Shown here piece after piece: positions 12,112 to 25,400 of a stretch of 64,000 nt of DNA. Every line of letters starts with the position of its first letter. Position 1 is the first letter of the stretch. The notes below the pieces were generated by a model. That model searched no databases and had not been told where the DNA came from. It saw only the letters and a program-made list of their open reading frames with translations. Source of the stretch: Octopus bimaculoides (lineage: Eukaryota); the NCBI RefSeq assembly GCF_001194135.2, contig NC_068986.1, positions 51,035,366-51,099,365 of the forward strand, read 5' to 3'. The position numbers and the translations under genes are program-made.

Positions 12112-13152
12112 ATCTAACCATTAACATTTAGCATTCAGATTTCTCTGTCAAATGTGTCATCATCATCGTTTAATGTTCATTTTCCATGCTGGCATGGGTT
12201 AGATAGTTTGACTGGAATTGGTAAGCCGGAGAGCTGCACTAGCTTCCAGTCTGATTTTGGCATGGTTTTTATCCTAACACCAACCACTCCAAGAGTGTAA
12301 TGGGTGCTTTTTACGTGCCACGGGCATGGGTGCCATTTACGTGACACTGGCAATAGCCATAACTACGATTTCATGGGTGCCATTTACATGACACTAGCAA
12401 TGGCCATGACTACGGTTCACTTGGCTTCACGTATTTTCTCAAGCCTAGCATATTGCAAAAGATCTTAGTCACTTGCTTATTTATTCACATCATCATCGTT
12501 TAACGTCCGCTTTCCATGCTAGCATGGGTTGGACGATTTGACTGAAGACTGGTGGAGCCCGAAGGCTACACCAGGCTCCAATCTGATTTGGCAGTTTCTA
12601 CAGCTGGATGCCCTTCCTAACGCCAACCACTCCGAGAGTGTAGTGGGTACTTTTACGTGCCACCGGCACGAAGGCCAGTCAGGCGGTACTGGCAACGGCC
12701 ACACTCAAAATGGTGTATTTTACATGCCACCTGCACAAGAGCCAGTCCAGTCACACTGGCAACAACCTCGCTCGAACGTTTTGTTCACGTGCCACCGGCA
12801 CAAGTGCCAGAAAGGCGACGCTGGGCACAGGTGCCATCATGATTTCGCTTTCGCTTGCCCCAACAGGTCTTTGCAAGCTGAGTTTCGTGTTCAATGAAGG
12901 AGACGATGTTGGCATGGGTGCCAGTCATCGAATTTAGTTCGATTTCGGTTTCACTTGCCTCAACAGGTCTTCGCAAGCGGAGTTGTTTTGAAATTAATCA
13001 TACACTATCTTGTAGCTTTGAGGTTGCAGTGATGTGTTTTCTTTTAGAATGACAATGCAAAGTTATTGTGAAAGGCTTGATCTGGTCAGTTTCAACACAA
13101 AATTGGTAGAATATTTGGACCTGATATGGCTGGTCTCAATGCAGAAGGGTTA
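12112..13152. mobile_element. TTAA-ended MITE interrupted by two RTE 3' fragments
   Basis: Starts ..TTAACATTTAGCATTCAG and ends ..GAAGGGTTAA; uninterrupted relatives at ~19527-19692, 19931-20137 and 48674-48890. Confidence 0.55.
12488..12985 (-). mobile_element. Young RTE LINE 3' fragment with internal ~60-bp repeats
   Basis: (CAT)n-CGTTTAACGTCCGCTTTCCATGCTAGCATGGG, the reverse complement of the tail at 17010-17063; an older copy lies at 12158-12480. Confidence 0.85.
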
Positions 13153-13237
13153 ATAGATAATGAATGTAGAAATAGTTTGAATCAGAAATATGTTTAATTA
13201 CCTCTTCAACATAGTTTCTAATATTTTTGTTGCAGAT

Positions 13238-13431
13238 ATGAATCAGTATTCTGCTTACAGTTTAATTTCCATGCTCAATGGTAATGAAGCCAACAATAAC
13301 CGGAATAACACCATCAATTCAGCATATTCATATTCTACTGGCCAACCTCCTGGCTTAAATTTTAACAGGAACAGACCTCAGTTTGAAAATCAACATGGCT
13401 TTGGTCAACAAAAATTTGATAATAAAGATCG
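13238..13431 (+). CDS. HNRNPUL1: Coding exon 1 (exon starts 13236): N/Q-rich N-terminus [15 protein letters not shown]...DNKDR
   Basis: Acceptor TTGTTGCAG at 13235, donor CG|GTAAGC at 13432, phase 2 matches the next exon. Confidence 0.75.
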
Positions 13432-16400
13432 GTAAGCTATTTTTTTACTTTTAAAACAAACATATATCTTATTTATTAACAGAAAAGATTCTATATTGTT
13501 GCCTGATTGTGATATTATCTGAAATCTCATAGAAACAGAGTTGTTCAGTGACAAGTGTGGAATGAAGATGCAGTTTACTTTTTTGACATGATCATAAGTC
13601 TCATCTTTTCCTCTGAAAATAGTGGATGATTATGAAATAGGAGAACTGGAAATGCTACATTAACTAAAGGAGGAAGAGAGACATTTGTGTGGATCATCAA
13701 ATCAGCTTTTTACCTCATGTAGCAGTTTGAGTTTTCATGAGCTTCTTTAAACCATGTTGGAACAGTTTTGGGAAAATTGCTTTTTGATACTTTCCTTTTG
13801 CATAAAATTTAAGATTGCTTTTGAAATTTACATAAGATTAGAAAATGGAAAGGAAAAGATTAACTTGGTGGAAAATATAAATCAATAAAGAATGGATGGA
13901 CTTGAATGAGTAAGTAGTTACTTTTTTCTGTTGGATGAACAAAAATCAATTGTGAAAAAAGACTAAGATTTTAGTTTTCTCTATTCAGCAAATGAACTGA
14001 TAATTATGAACATATCTACACTTTTTTTCTTTTTTTTTTTTTTACTTCAGAAATTATAATGGACATGGTTGGGGTGTGAAGACTGATCCAGAACAGAATG
14101 TGGAAGAAATCAATGTAGACCATTCTTTCACAGTACTGGACCATTATAACTCAGATCTCAACTTGCTTATAGATCTGGATGGGTAAAGTTTTTCCTTTTT
14201 TAAATGCTTTTCTTGATGTGCTTGTTTAAAATGTTAAATAATAATTTAAGGTACTTCCAAGAATAATAGTAAGGGTAATATTGTTTAATACATTAACATG
14301 TACCAGGATTTCAAGACAGGCTGCCCCTGGGAGTTCCTCTATGCTGATGACCTTGTTCTAATACCTGAGTCACTACCAGAACTAGCAAAGTTTTGGGTGT
14401 AGAAGCCAGGTCTAGAATCGAAGGATCTTAGAGTTAACTTAGCAAAAACCAATGTCTTAGTGAGAAGGTGGACAAATCACAAATCCCTTCAGGTAGATGG
14501 CTCTGCTTGATCAGGTAGAAACTCTATAAGATGTACCCTGTGTAAGCTATGGGCACTTAAGAGGTGCAGCAATATCTAAGAAAGGTTAACTGGGAAGATA
14601 GTTTTTGTGTGTGGAAGATGCACAGGTGCCATAAACACCAAAAATGTACAAGAAACAAATTCCATTACATGCCAGGGGAAAAAACTAGAAGTAGTTGATA
14701 GCTTTCGTTAACTAGGTGACCAAGTCGGTAGCAGGGGTGGATGCTCTGAGAGTGTAGGTACTAGAATAAGAATAGGCTGGGCAAAGTTCAGAGAGCTCCT
14801 ACCTCTGCTGGTAACAAAGGACCTCGCTCAGAGTGAAAGGTAGACTATGATGCCTGTGTGCAAACAGCCATGAAACATGGGCTGTGACTGCTGAGGACAT
14901 GTGTAGGCGTGAAAGAAATGAAACTAGTATGCTTTGCTGGATGTGTCATGTCAGTATGCATGCACAACAGTGTAAGTACCCTGAGACTTAAGTTGGACAT
15001 AAGAAGCATCAGATATGTGTAAGAGAGACGACTGTGCTGGTATGGACATGTGTTGCGTATGGATGTAGATAGCTGTGTGAAGTGTCACACCCTAACAGTG
15101 GAGGGAACTTGTGGAAGAGGTAGACCCAGGAAGACATGGGATGAAGTGGTGAAGCACGACCTTCGAACGTTGGGCCTCACTTAGACAGTGACAAATGACT
15201 GAGACCTTTGGAGATATGCCGTGCTTGAGAAGACCTGGCAAGCCAAGTGAGATTGTAGTCGTAGTCAATGCCAGTGTCACATAACTGGCCCATTTAAAAG
15301 CACCCTTCAATTGTTGGCTGAAATGCTGTGTTTGTGAAGACCTGTTAAAGCGAGTGAAATTGTAGTCGTGGCCGATGCCAATGCTCCCTGACTGGCATCC
15401 ATGCTGGCGGCATGTAAAAAGCATCATTTGAGCGTGTCCATTGCCAGTGCTGCCTGACTGGCACTTGTGCCAGTGGCACATAAAGAGTACCATTTGAGTG
15501 TGGCTGATGCCAGTGCTTGTGGCACATAAAAAGCACCCACTACACTCTTGGAGTGGTTGATGTTAGGAAGGACATCCAGCTGTAGAAACCTTGCCAAATC
15601 AGATTGGAGCCTGGTGCAGCCTCTCAGCCTGCCAGTTCTCATTCAAACCGTCCAACTGATGCCAGCATGGAAAGCAGATGTTAAACGACGACGACAATGA
15701 TGGTGATGTAACTTTCTTCCACTTCATCATATATAGACTAGAGGCAGACTGCTCATCCTTTATAATTGTCTATTTCACATAAGATAGAAACTTTATAATG
15801 TGACAATTATTTAGTTAGATTCATATGATAATGGTGTAGTTAACCTAGTTATATGTGGACATTCAAGTCATTATGGTAAGTTGCATATAAGCTGTCTTAT
15901 ATATTGTATTTACTGGAATATAAGACATACATTTTCCTTTTTTTAAATGAATCCAAAAATTGCCGTGTCTAAAATAACCATAGTATAAATAAGAGATTGA
16001 GCACCATAAACTAGGGATCTAAATGAGCAAGATAATACTACTAATAATAAAATATTGAAAAAAAAAGCCAAATTATCATGGACTCTCAGTACAAATTTAT
16101 GAAAAATTGCTTGCAGTGTGTTGGCACTTATTTGGGACGGTCACATCATCATTTTATGCCTTGTTTCTTAGCATACATAACCCACATCTGATATTGTCTC
16201 AGATTATTTAGTCACTTTGTTATCTTTAAGAAACTTTTATTATCTAAATTAAATATTCTTTTAGAAAAATGAAAGCAATTTTAACTGTTCACTCACCTGT
16301 TAGCTATTTGCAATTAGTGGATGATCATGGTTGGACACACACATCACAGCCAGAAATACTATTTTAACATCCTGTATAGCAATAGAGATAACTATACAGT

Positions 16401-19400
16401 TGATCTGAAATAAGATGAAGTTAAAATACAGTAGTTATATCTTAGTTTATGATAAATTTATGGTTTTATACTTTGCTCCGTTGGATGTGTAATGTCAATG
16501 TGAATACCCGTCAGAGTGTAAGTATCTTGAGAGAAAAGCTGAACATTAGAAGCATCAGTTGTGGTGTGCAAGAGAGACGATTGCGCTGGTATGGACATGT
16601 GGTGAGAATGGATGAGGATAGCTGCGTGAAAAAGTGCCACACCCTAACAGTTGAGGGAACCCGTGGAAGAGGTAGGCCCAGGAAGACCTGGGCTGAGGTG
16701 GTGAAGCAAGACCTTCGTACATTGGGCCTCACCGAGACGATGACTACTGACCGAGACCTTTGGAAATGTGCTGTGCGTGAGAAGACCCAGCAAGCCAAGT
16801 AAGATCGTTGCCAGTGCCCCTGGACTGGCTTGTGCGGGTGGCACATAAAAGACACCATTTCGAGCGTGGCCGTTTTTGTGCGGGTGACACGTAAAAGCAC
16901 CCACTACACTCTCTGAGTGGTTGGCGTTAGGAAGGGCATCCAGCTGTAGAAACTCTGCCAAATTAGACTGGAGCCTGGTGTTGCCATCCGGTTTCACCAG
17001 TCCTCAGTCAAATCGTCCAACCCATGCTAGCATGGAAAGCGGACGTTAAACGATGATGATGATTTACATGCACATTTCTCCTTACAAAGCCTCACTTTAA
17101 AATCTTTCAATGAGTGTATGATGAAACGCACTAAATTTGCTTTTTCCACGAATAGGGTTGCATCTCATGTAAGAGTTCCAGTTAATATGGTAATATAGTA
17201 ATGTTTATTACTGTGTGAATTGTCTACAAATAATGTATTGGGTTGTCCAGAAAGTTTGTGCCGATTTATAGTAGCTTACCTTTCGACTTATTTGCCATGA
17301 AACTACCTCAATTCTTGGAAGAGGGTATTTTGAAGTTAAAGGAAAGATGGAGACGCATTGTGCAACAAAATGGTTTATATTTGGTTGATTAAAAATGTGA
17401 TGGCAAGTATTTATTGACCTTTTTCTTTCCTTTAAAAATTGGCATGAACTTTCCGGACAACCCAATATATTTCTCTGTGAATTATTTACAGATAATGTAC
17501 ATTATTTGTAAATTTAATTTTTTACAATATAGTTTTTATTTTGTTATCTTGCAGCTATGGTGGATCTGTATTAACTGATCCTGAAGGTTTCTGTTTCTGT
17601 TGGGCCGGAGCTCGTGCAACTTATGGTGTCACTCGTGGAAAGGTTCAAATCTTTATATTTTCATTAGCTCCTTATGAATAATATAGTTTTCAAAATGCTA
17701 TGAACTGGCAAGAGTCCATTACTGAAATCTTTATACAAAAGAGATGATCCTTTATTCATAATATTTGGTGCAATTACAAGTTTGAATTTGAAATTAGGGA
17801 ATAAAGAAAAAGTTGTAGAGAATAGTAGTAGTATAGGGGAATACTCTGTGACAGTGTGTCACTGCATCCATCATTTGTTGGTGATTCCCTACTGGAAGAT
17901 GACACCTTTGCACCACATAGGCGATTACCCCTGCCCAACCCATGGTTCTTGTTTTACCAGGTCAGAGTGCAAATTCTACCATAACCTCTGTTAGTTGCCT
18001 CTTATGACACACAGGAAACGTTGGGTCTATTCTTTGACATGCCAGTCCCTACACAGCACTAGAGCAATGTGAAATGAAGTGTTTTGCTTAAGAACATAAT
18101 GTGCCGCCTGCTCTGGGAATCAACCTGGTGATCATGAGTGCAGCATCCTAACCACTTGGCCATGCACCATCACATGCAGAGAGCGTACATTTTTTTTCTT
18201 TTGGTACTTATTATGAAGTACTTAAAATTTCTAATCACTGGTAATTAGATGTAACACTATTTCATTCCTTTTAGAAATCTTCAGCATGACATAACCTGTA
18301 GTACATAAATTAAACATTTTATGAAGTGAGATTTTTCTAGCTTCGTAAAATGCTATATATAGGAAATAATCATAGACTGAAAACAATTCCTGAAACGTGT
18401 GTTTTTTTCTAACCAATTCTATTCTACTATGATAATGTTTCCTGTAATTAGTTATACAGTATAAAATAAATCAGCTATTGAGCAGTTATCTGCTAGACTA
18501 AATAGGCTATTTTAATCCTGTAACTGTATTGTTTTTCTGTTTTTCCTTCAGTCAAATAATATCTCCACTCCTCTTTATTTCTCAATGTCTCTGAATTTTT
18601 CTTTCTGTATCTATCATTCTCTTTATCATTTGCTCATTCTCTTTATCTCTGTTAATTTATCATCTCTCTAATTCCTTCTCTCTGTTGTAGAGCTTTGTTT
18701 TCTTTCACTTCCTCTCACATTATTCTATCTTTTCCTCTCTCTCTCTCACTGTTTTTTAACAATTCAGCCTTATATTTGACTGTCTACCTTTTGTGTGTGC
18801 ATAATCCTTGCAGGTTTTCTTTGAAGTTCACATAACTGAAAACCTTCCTGTAAATTTTGGTGACAACCATAAAGAAACTGATCCCCATGTAGTAAGAATT
18901 GGTTGGTCCATTGATAGCTGTTGTTTCCAGCTAGGTGAGTTGCTATTCATTGTATGTTGTGTATTAGGAGATTGGTTTTGTATGTAAATGTGTTTCTCTC
19001 TGTGGCTGTCCTCAAGGCACTAAAATATGACAGCTTGGGAGAAAAGACAGTGATTTTTAACCTAAGTGGTGGCATCACCTTAGAAGCATTATAAGTACAC
19101 AAAGGGGTGGGGTTCTATGGAGTTGCTGGGTGTTAGTGGAAGCGTATGATTTCTATTAGTAACTAGCTTAGAAACTGTACTCAATGCAGACTTTTAAGCT
19201 AGTTTTTCTAGATCCACAAAGTTTTGGTATTACTTTGAATTCAGTTTAAATGAAAACTTGTAAGTTCAGAAATTTTGGGGGTTCTTTTAAAATATGAATT
19301 TTCAACTGTTAGCATATAACAAATCCACATCCAGACCTGATCCCAATGCTGGATGTTCAACAACAAAATGAAAGGCAGATTTTCAATCCAAGGAGCATCC

Positions 19401-22400
19401 TGTTTCCAAAAAGGTATATGTCTATGTAGACTGAGATACAAGGGTCCCGGACGGACGGACGGACAGACAGAATTTCACATTTATTATAATAGATAAAATA
19501 TCTAAACCAGTTACAATACTTAGGTTTTAACCCTTTAGTGTTCATATTACTCATAGCTTTGAGATTTTGATGAAGTGATTGTTTATTCTTAGAACGACAT
19601 TGTAGGGTATGTGTAAGAAGCCAGATCTGGCCTGTTTGAACATAAAACAGAATATTTGAACTGGAAACAGCCAGTTTAAATGCTAAAGAATTAAACGAAT
19701 TTTCAGAAAAAAAAAAATCTTTGGTATTAGAATATGCACTAGACATTGTGCTTGCAGTGAGCAGAAACATAACTGACGGTAAAGGTCCAATATAATTTTG
19801 TTCTGTCTCTCTTTATAGTAATTCCATGCAAATATTTAAAAAGAGAGGCGCATTTTGGGGAAAAATAAACCACAATGCTTGATTAAAAGAAACTGACATG
19901 GAGAGGAGGTGAGACATGTTCAGGAGTCTGATTAACCTTTTAGCATTTAGATTATTCCGTCAAAAGCAATGCCATTGTTTTGAATTAATCATACATCATC
20001 TACAAGCTTTGAGATTTTGATGAGGTAACTTAATTTTTAAAATGATATTGTAGGGCTGGTGTGAGAGGCCAGTTTGATCATAAAATTGGCAGAATATTTC
20101 GGTCAGATACGGCCAGTTTAACTGCATAAGGGTTAAATAAGACCTTCATTTCAGATATCCTGTTTATTTTACATACGAACAAACATGTCAGACTCATGAG
20201 GAGCACTTTTGTGTCATTATCATCGTCATCATTTAACGTCCGCTTTCCATGCTAGCATGGGTTGGACGATTTGACTGAGGACTGGTGGACCAGGAGGCGA
20301 CACCAGGCTCCAATCTGATTTGGCAGAGTTTCTACAGCTGGATGCCCTTCCTAATGCCAACCACCCAGAGAGTGTAGTGGGTGCTTTTACGTGCCACCGG
20401 CACGAGGGCCAGTCAGGCGAGTACTGGCAACAGCCACGCTTGAAATGGTGTATTTTACATGCCACCTGCACAAGGGCCAAACTTCTGTTGTCCATGCTGG
20501 CATGGGTTTGTTGGTTTGACCAAGGCTGGTAAGCTGAGGGACTGCATCAGACTACAGCCTATTTTGGCATGGTTTCTATGGCTGGATGCCCTTCCTGACG
20601 TCAACCACTCCGGGAGTGTAATAAATGCTTTTATGTACCAGTTGTGTGACACTTTTCCTGCAAAGTAAACAAAAAAGAAAAAGAAATCCCCCACAGTTTT
20701 GGTCATTGTTTTCATGTTTCTTCCAATTTTCTTCATGTCTAGGAGAATCTATGGAATCCTATGGTTATGGAGGTACTGGCAAATTTTCTGTGAATTTGAA
20801 TTTCTCCAACTATGGTGAACGTTTTGGTGTGGGTGATGTTGTTGGATCATTGCTAGATTTGCAATCTCACCCGCCGACAATTTCTTTCACCAAAAACGGC
20901 CGTTGGTTCGGGAATGCTAAAGTCTTGCACGGTTATCCTGTGGGTGTAAAATCTAAAGCTTTATTTCCTCATATTCTTACCAAAAATTGCCGGTAAGTTT
21001 TAACTTTTATTTTTCTCTAGTTGTTTTTAGTTATTATTAACTTGTAATTAAATATTTTATTTTGTTGTTTTATTGAACTGGTAGTTTGTGGTGAACTTAA
21101 TGAATATACTTTACTGTAATTACTTTTGTTTGTAATCTCAATTTATTATGCTATAATCATCATCATATGTCCATTCTCCATGCTGGCATGGGTGAGATAG
21201 TTCAACCAGAGTTGGTAAAGCCTGGGGCTGTACTAGGCTCCATTGTCTGTTCTGGCATGGTTTCTACAGCTCAGTGCCCTTCCTAATGCCAACCACTCCA
21301 CAGAGCTTTTATGTAGCACCAGCACTGGTGCTTTTAACATGGTGGCACCAGCACCAGTTTATTAACATGGCACCAGCACCAGTGCTTTTAACATGGTACC
21401 AGCATCAGTGCTTTTTAACATGGCACTAACATCAGTGTCTTTTATGTGACAACAGTATCAATTCTGTTTCTTGAGTACAACAAGGCACAGATATCTCAGC
21501 CTTTAGTCATCTCCTTTGTAAGACTCAGTGTCTTGAGATTGGTCTTCAATACTTCATCTTGACAGTAAAATCTTAAAATTTTTTTTGGTATTCTTCCTAT
21601 AACTGGAAGTGGGGTTTGGAAATAATTTATTTTTTTAACACTTGTTTATGAAGACATTGTGAAGTGTGTCAACTACCTCAACCAAAAATCCAGTTTTCAT
21701 CATGATGATGATTATTATGATGATGATGAGGACGGTGACGACGACGAACAACAACGTGGCAAGCTGGCTGAATTGTTAGCATGCTGTATGAAATGCTTAG
21801 CGGTATTTCACCTGTCACTATGTTCTGAGTTCAAATTCTGACGAGGTCAACTTTACTTTTCATCCTTTCAGGGTCAATAAATTAAGTCGAAGTAAAACAC
21901 CGGAATCGATGTAACTGACTAATCCCTTCTCCCAAAATTTCAGGCCTTGTGCCTATAGTAGAAAGGATTATTATTATTATCATTATTATTATTTCTAACA
22001 TAAGTATAAAACCACATTTAGAGACTGGAAATAAACTGCCATACCATGCCAACTCTAACACCTCACTTTAATAACTGTAGTAATGTCACTCATCACTCTT
22101 AATGATCCAGGCTGGCTTAAGTATTATGTACAACATTTTATCCTTACATATTATGATGAAAGAAAACGAATTGTTAAAGGGTTAACTGACAGAATCTGCA
22201 AAATATTTGGTAAAACTGCCTTATGCTCTGAGTTCAAATGATCTATGACTGAACTTTGTATTTTCATATTTCCAGAGGCAATAGAATATGTACCGATAAT
22301 TCACTGGCTTCATTTTAACTGCCAGTTCTTTAAAATGTGTAGCCTTGTGTCTAAGCTAGAAATTGCTATTATGCTATGAAAGATAACACCATTACTGTCT

Positions 22401-25400
22401 GTCTGTCTATTTTTTTTTTCTTTTTCATTTTTAAGATTCAAGGTTAATTTTGGTCAGACTGATCCATGGTTTTCTCCGCCACCTGGTTTTGTCTACATTG
22501 ACCATGTTCCTTTAGCAGACCGTGTACGGGGACTTACTGGACCTTGTAAAAAAGCTGATTGTGAGGTAAATATTTTTAGTCTCCATTTATCTAAGTATCA
22601 TGGAAGCAGTTGTGGTTATTGGTATTGTAATAGTCTACAGTTTCTTGCTAATTAATATGGACAGTATCAAGCTTTCACATAGCTTGTGAAAACTGCTTGC
22701 ACAGGAATAACACTATAGTTGTTTGTAAATTTTTAACCCTTTTGTTACCATATTTCTATTAAAATTGTTTGCCTTTTCAGTTAATTTTAAGAAAAAAATA
22801 AATTTAGTAAAATAATTTTGTAGTTATTAAGCTGGTGTTTGAAACAGATTAATATGAACTTTTGAAAGATTTTAATTTTGATCTCTTTAAAACAGGAAGT
22901 TTGTTTCCTAGAACCAGGGGCAGTTTCAGGCAAGTTGGTATCAAAAAAGTTAAAAGATGATGTATATTTGACAACCTTCTTGCAAAGTTTTGTATAAAAA
23001 AATTGAAGGATAAAGAATAGCTTTTGACTTTTACTATCCAAAAGGGTTTTTCAACCCAATTTTTATAGCTTGATGTGTATTCTTAAAACTTTTTCAAAGA
23101 GAATTATTTCATGTTCTCTCAAAAGTTGAGAAAATTCTTATGATTGTCAACAATGTATAGTATTCAATTTTCTTCATCTATATATTCTCAGTTGAAATCT
23201 AGCTGGAATCCTGTGTTCTATCAGATTTTCGTTGATTCTTCAGAATCAGGAAAATTCTGTACTAAACAAAAGTCAGCTGCCTTCCATGCTATGCTGCCCT
23301 TAACACAATCATAAAGCATGGCCTAGATGCCGCAGCTTCTGTTCCCAGCTTGAGCCAGCTGGGTTAGGCTAAGAGGATAATAAAAGGCTTGACAGTATAA
23401 CAATTTTCCCGTTCCATGGTGATAGGCCCCTAATCTAGGATGCCACATTCTGTGACACCTCCAGTGGCAACTTGGTATGTTCATCCACCAACCCAGACTC
23501 TGCTGCTCATTAAGCTGAGAAAAGCAAGTTGTATTTGATTTTTTTCATCTATATATTCTCAGTTGAAATTTGGCTGGAATCCTGTGTCCTATTTTTGTTT
23601 TCTTCAGATTCAGGAAAACTCTGTCCTAAACAAAAGTCAACTGCCTTCCACATCATGTTGCCCATAACAAAATCGTAAAGCATGGCCTAGATACTGCAGG
23701 CTTCTCTTAGCTCAAGCCAGTGGGGCTAGACTGAGGGGACAATAAAAGGCCTGGTGGTATAACAATTTCCCCATTCCATGGAGGTAGGCCTCTCATCTAA
23801 GATGCCATATTCTGTGACATCTCTAGTGGCAACTTAGTGTGTTCAGCCTCCAGCCCAGGTTCTGCTGCTAATCAGGCTGAGAAAAGCAAACTGTCAAAGT
23901 ATCAGTTGATCTCTGACAGGTTTATGGTTGAGCCTGTCACAGCGGAGAACTTCGACATTCTCAGTACCCCGATCTTTGCTCACTGCTGTTGGAGATAACT
24001 ATTCTCAAGTGCAAGCCTTGTTCCATTGCATCTTCCTTGCCATCCTCCTGGGCAACACCTTTCTCATTCTGTCTGTTGTGTCCATGAGGTGGTCTGAATT
24101 TCAGGAAATCAAGAGAGTGTAAGAATTTCATAGCTTACTTCATGAACAATAGACTTCTACAAATCCCCCCATGCATTCTCCGTTTGTACATGTTTTGGAC
24201 CTTGTAGTTAATTGAAAAATTTAGTATTTGACAACCTGCTGTAAAATACAATTATGTAGTGTTAAAGTGTTTTATTTTTAACTGTTCCTTTTGTTATGCG
24301 TATTTCTGATAATTTATTTTAAATTTATTCTAGATGAATATGATTGTTGGTCTGCCTGGTGCTGGTAAGACCACATTAGGCATTCTGAAACAGAAGAACT
24401 TCCCAGATAAAAGATATAATATTATTGGAACAGACACACTCATTGATAAAATGCGTGTGATGGGTCTTGCAAGAAAAAATAACTACCACGGTCGTTGGGA
24501 AGTTTTGATTCAGAAATCATCAAAATGTTTGAACAGGTTGTTTGAAATAGGTGAGAGTTTGTGCTTCTCTCTGTTTTAATTTACAATCAATTGAAGTAAT
24601 TCTTTATGCTATACCTAGATGCTGGTTATTGCTCTGTTTTTTGCTAGTGTAATGTTTGTGATAGCTGAGACATCTTACCAGCATTAATTTGTGCTATCAT
24701 TCACTTTGTGGTTCGAAATGTACCAGTTATTATCATCCCCTTCATTGTTTTTTAACATCCACTTTCCCATGCTTGCATGGGTCAGATGCAACTTGTTGAG
24801 GCAAATTTTCTATGGCTGGATGCCTTTCTTATCACTATTTCATGTAAGTCTGGAAACGAAGGATGTTGCTTGTATGATGGTAATACTCATTTTACTACTT
24901 TGTATGATATTGAAACAACAAAACACACACACATGCGCATGTGTATATAACTTTTCACACTTTGTATATGCTTCCTTCTCGGCTTCCCATGTTTCTTCTA
25001 TCGTTCAGTCTTTAGTTGTGGTTTGCGCCTGATGATTATTCGGGTGTTACACGTTATAATTCATTATTTGGCATGTTCTCAGCATAAGAAACTATTAGTA
25101 GCACATAAAAACATGTATTGTGTCTGTCTATTAAATATTTCTCTCACCAGATGAAGTACTTTTTTTATTGATCTTACCATCATGGAACAGTACATNNNNN
25201 NNNNNNNNNNNNNNNNNNNNNNNNNNNNNNNNNNNNNNNNNNNNNNNNNNNNNNNNNNNNNNNNNNNNNNNNNNNNNNNNNNNNNNNNNNNNNNNNNNNN
25301 NNNNNNNNNNNNNNNNNNNNNNNNNNNNNNNNNNNNGGTGGCAAACCCTGCTGTACTCTTTCGCCACAACTTTCTCTCACTGTTTCTTCCTGTTTCTGTT

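Noticed and set aside
19200-19500. (GGAC)n-containing segment as a Helentron/HINE-type element
   Set aside because: Only the microsatellite and an AT-rich end are suggestive; subterminal inverted repeats could not be identified.
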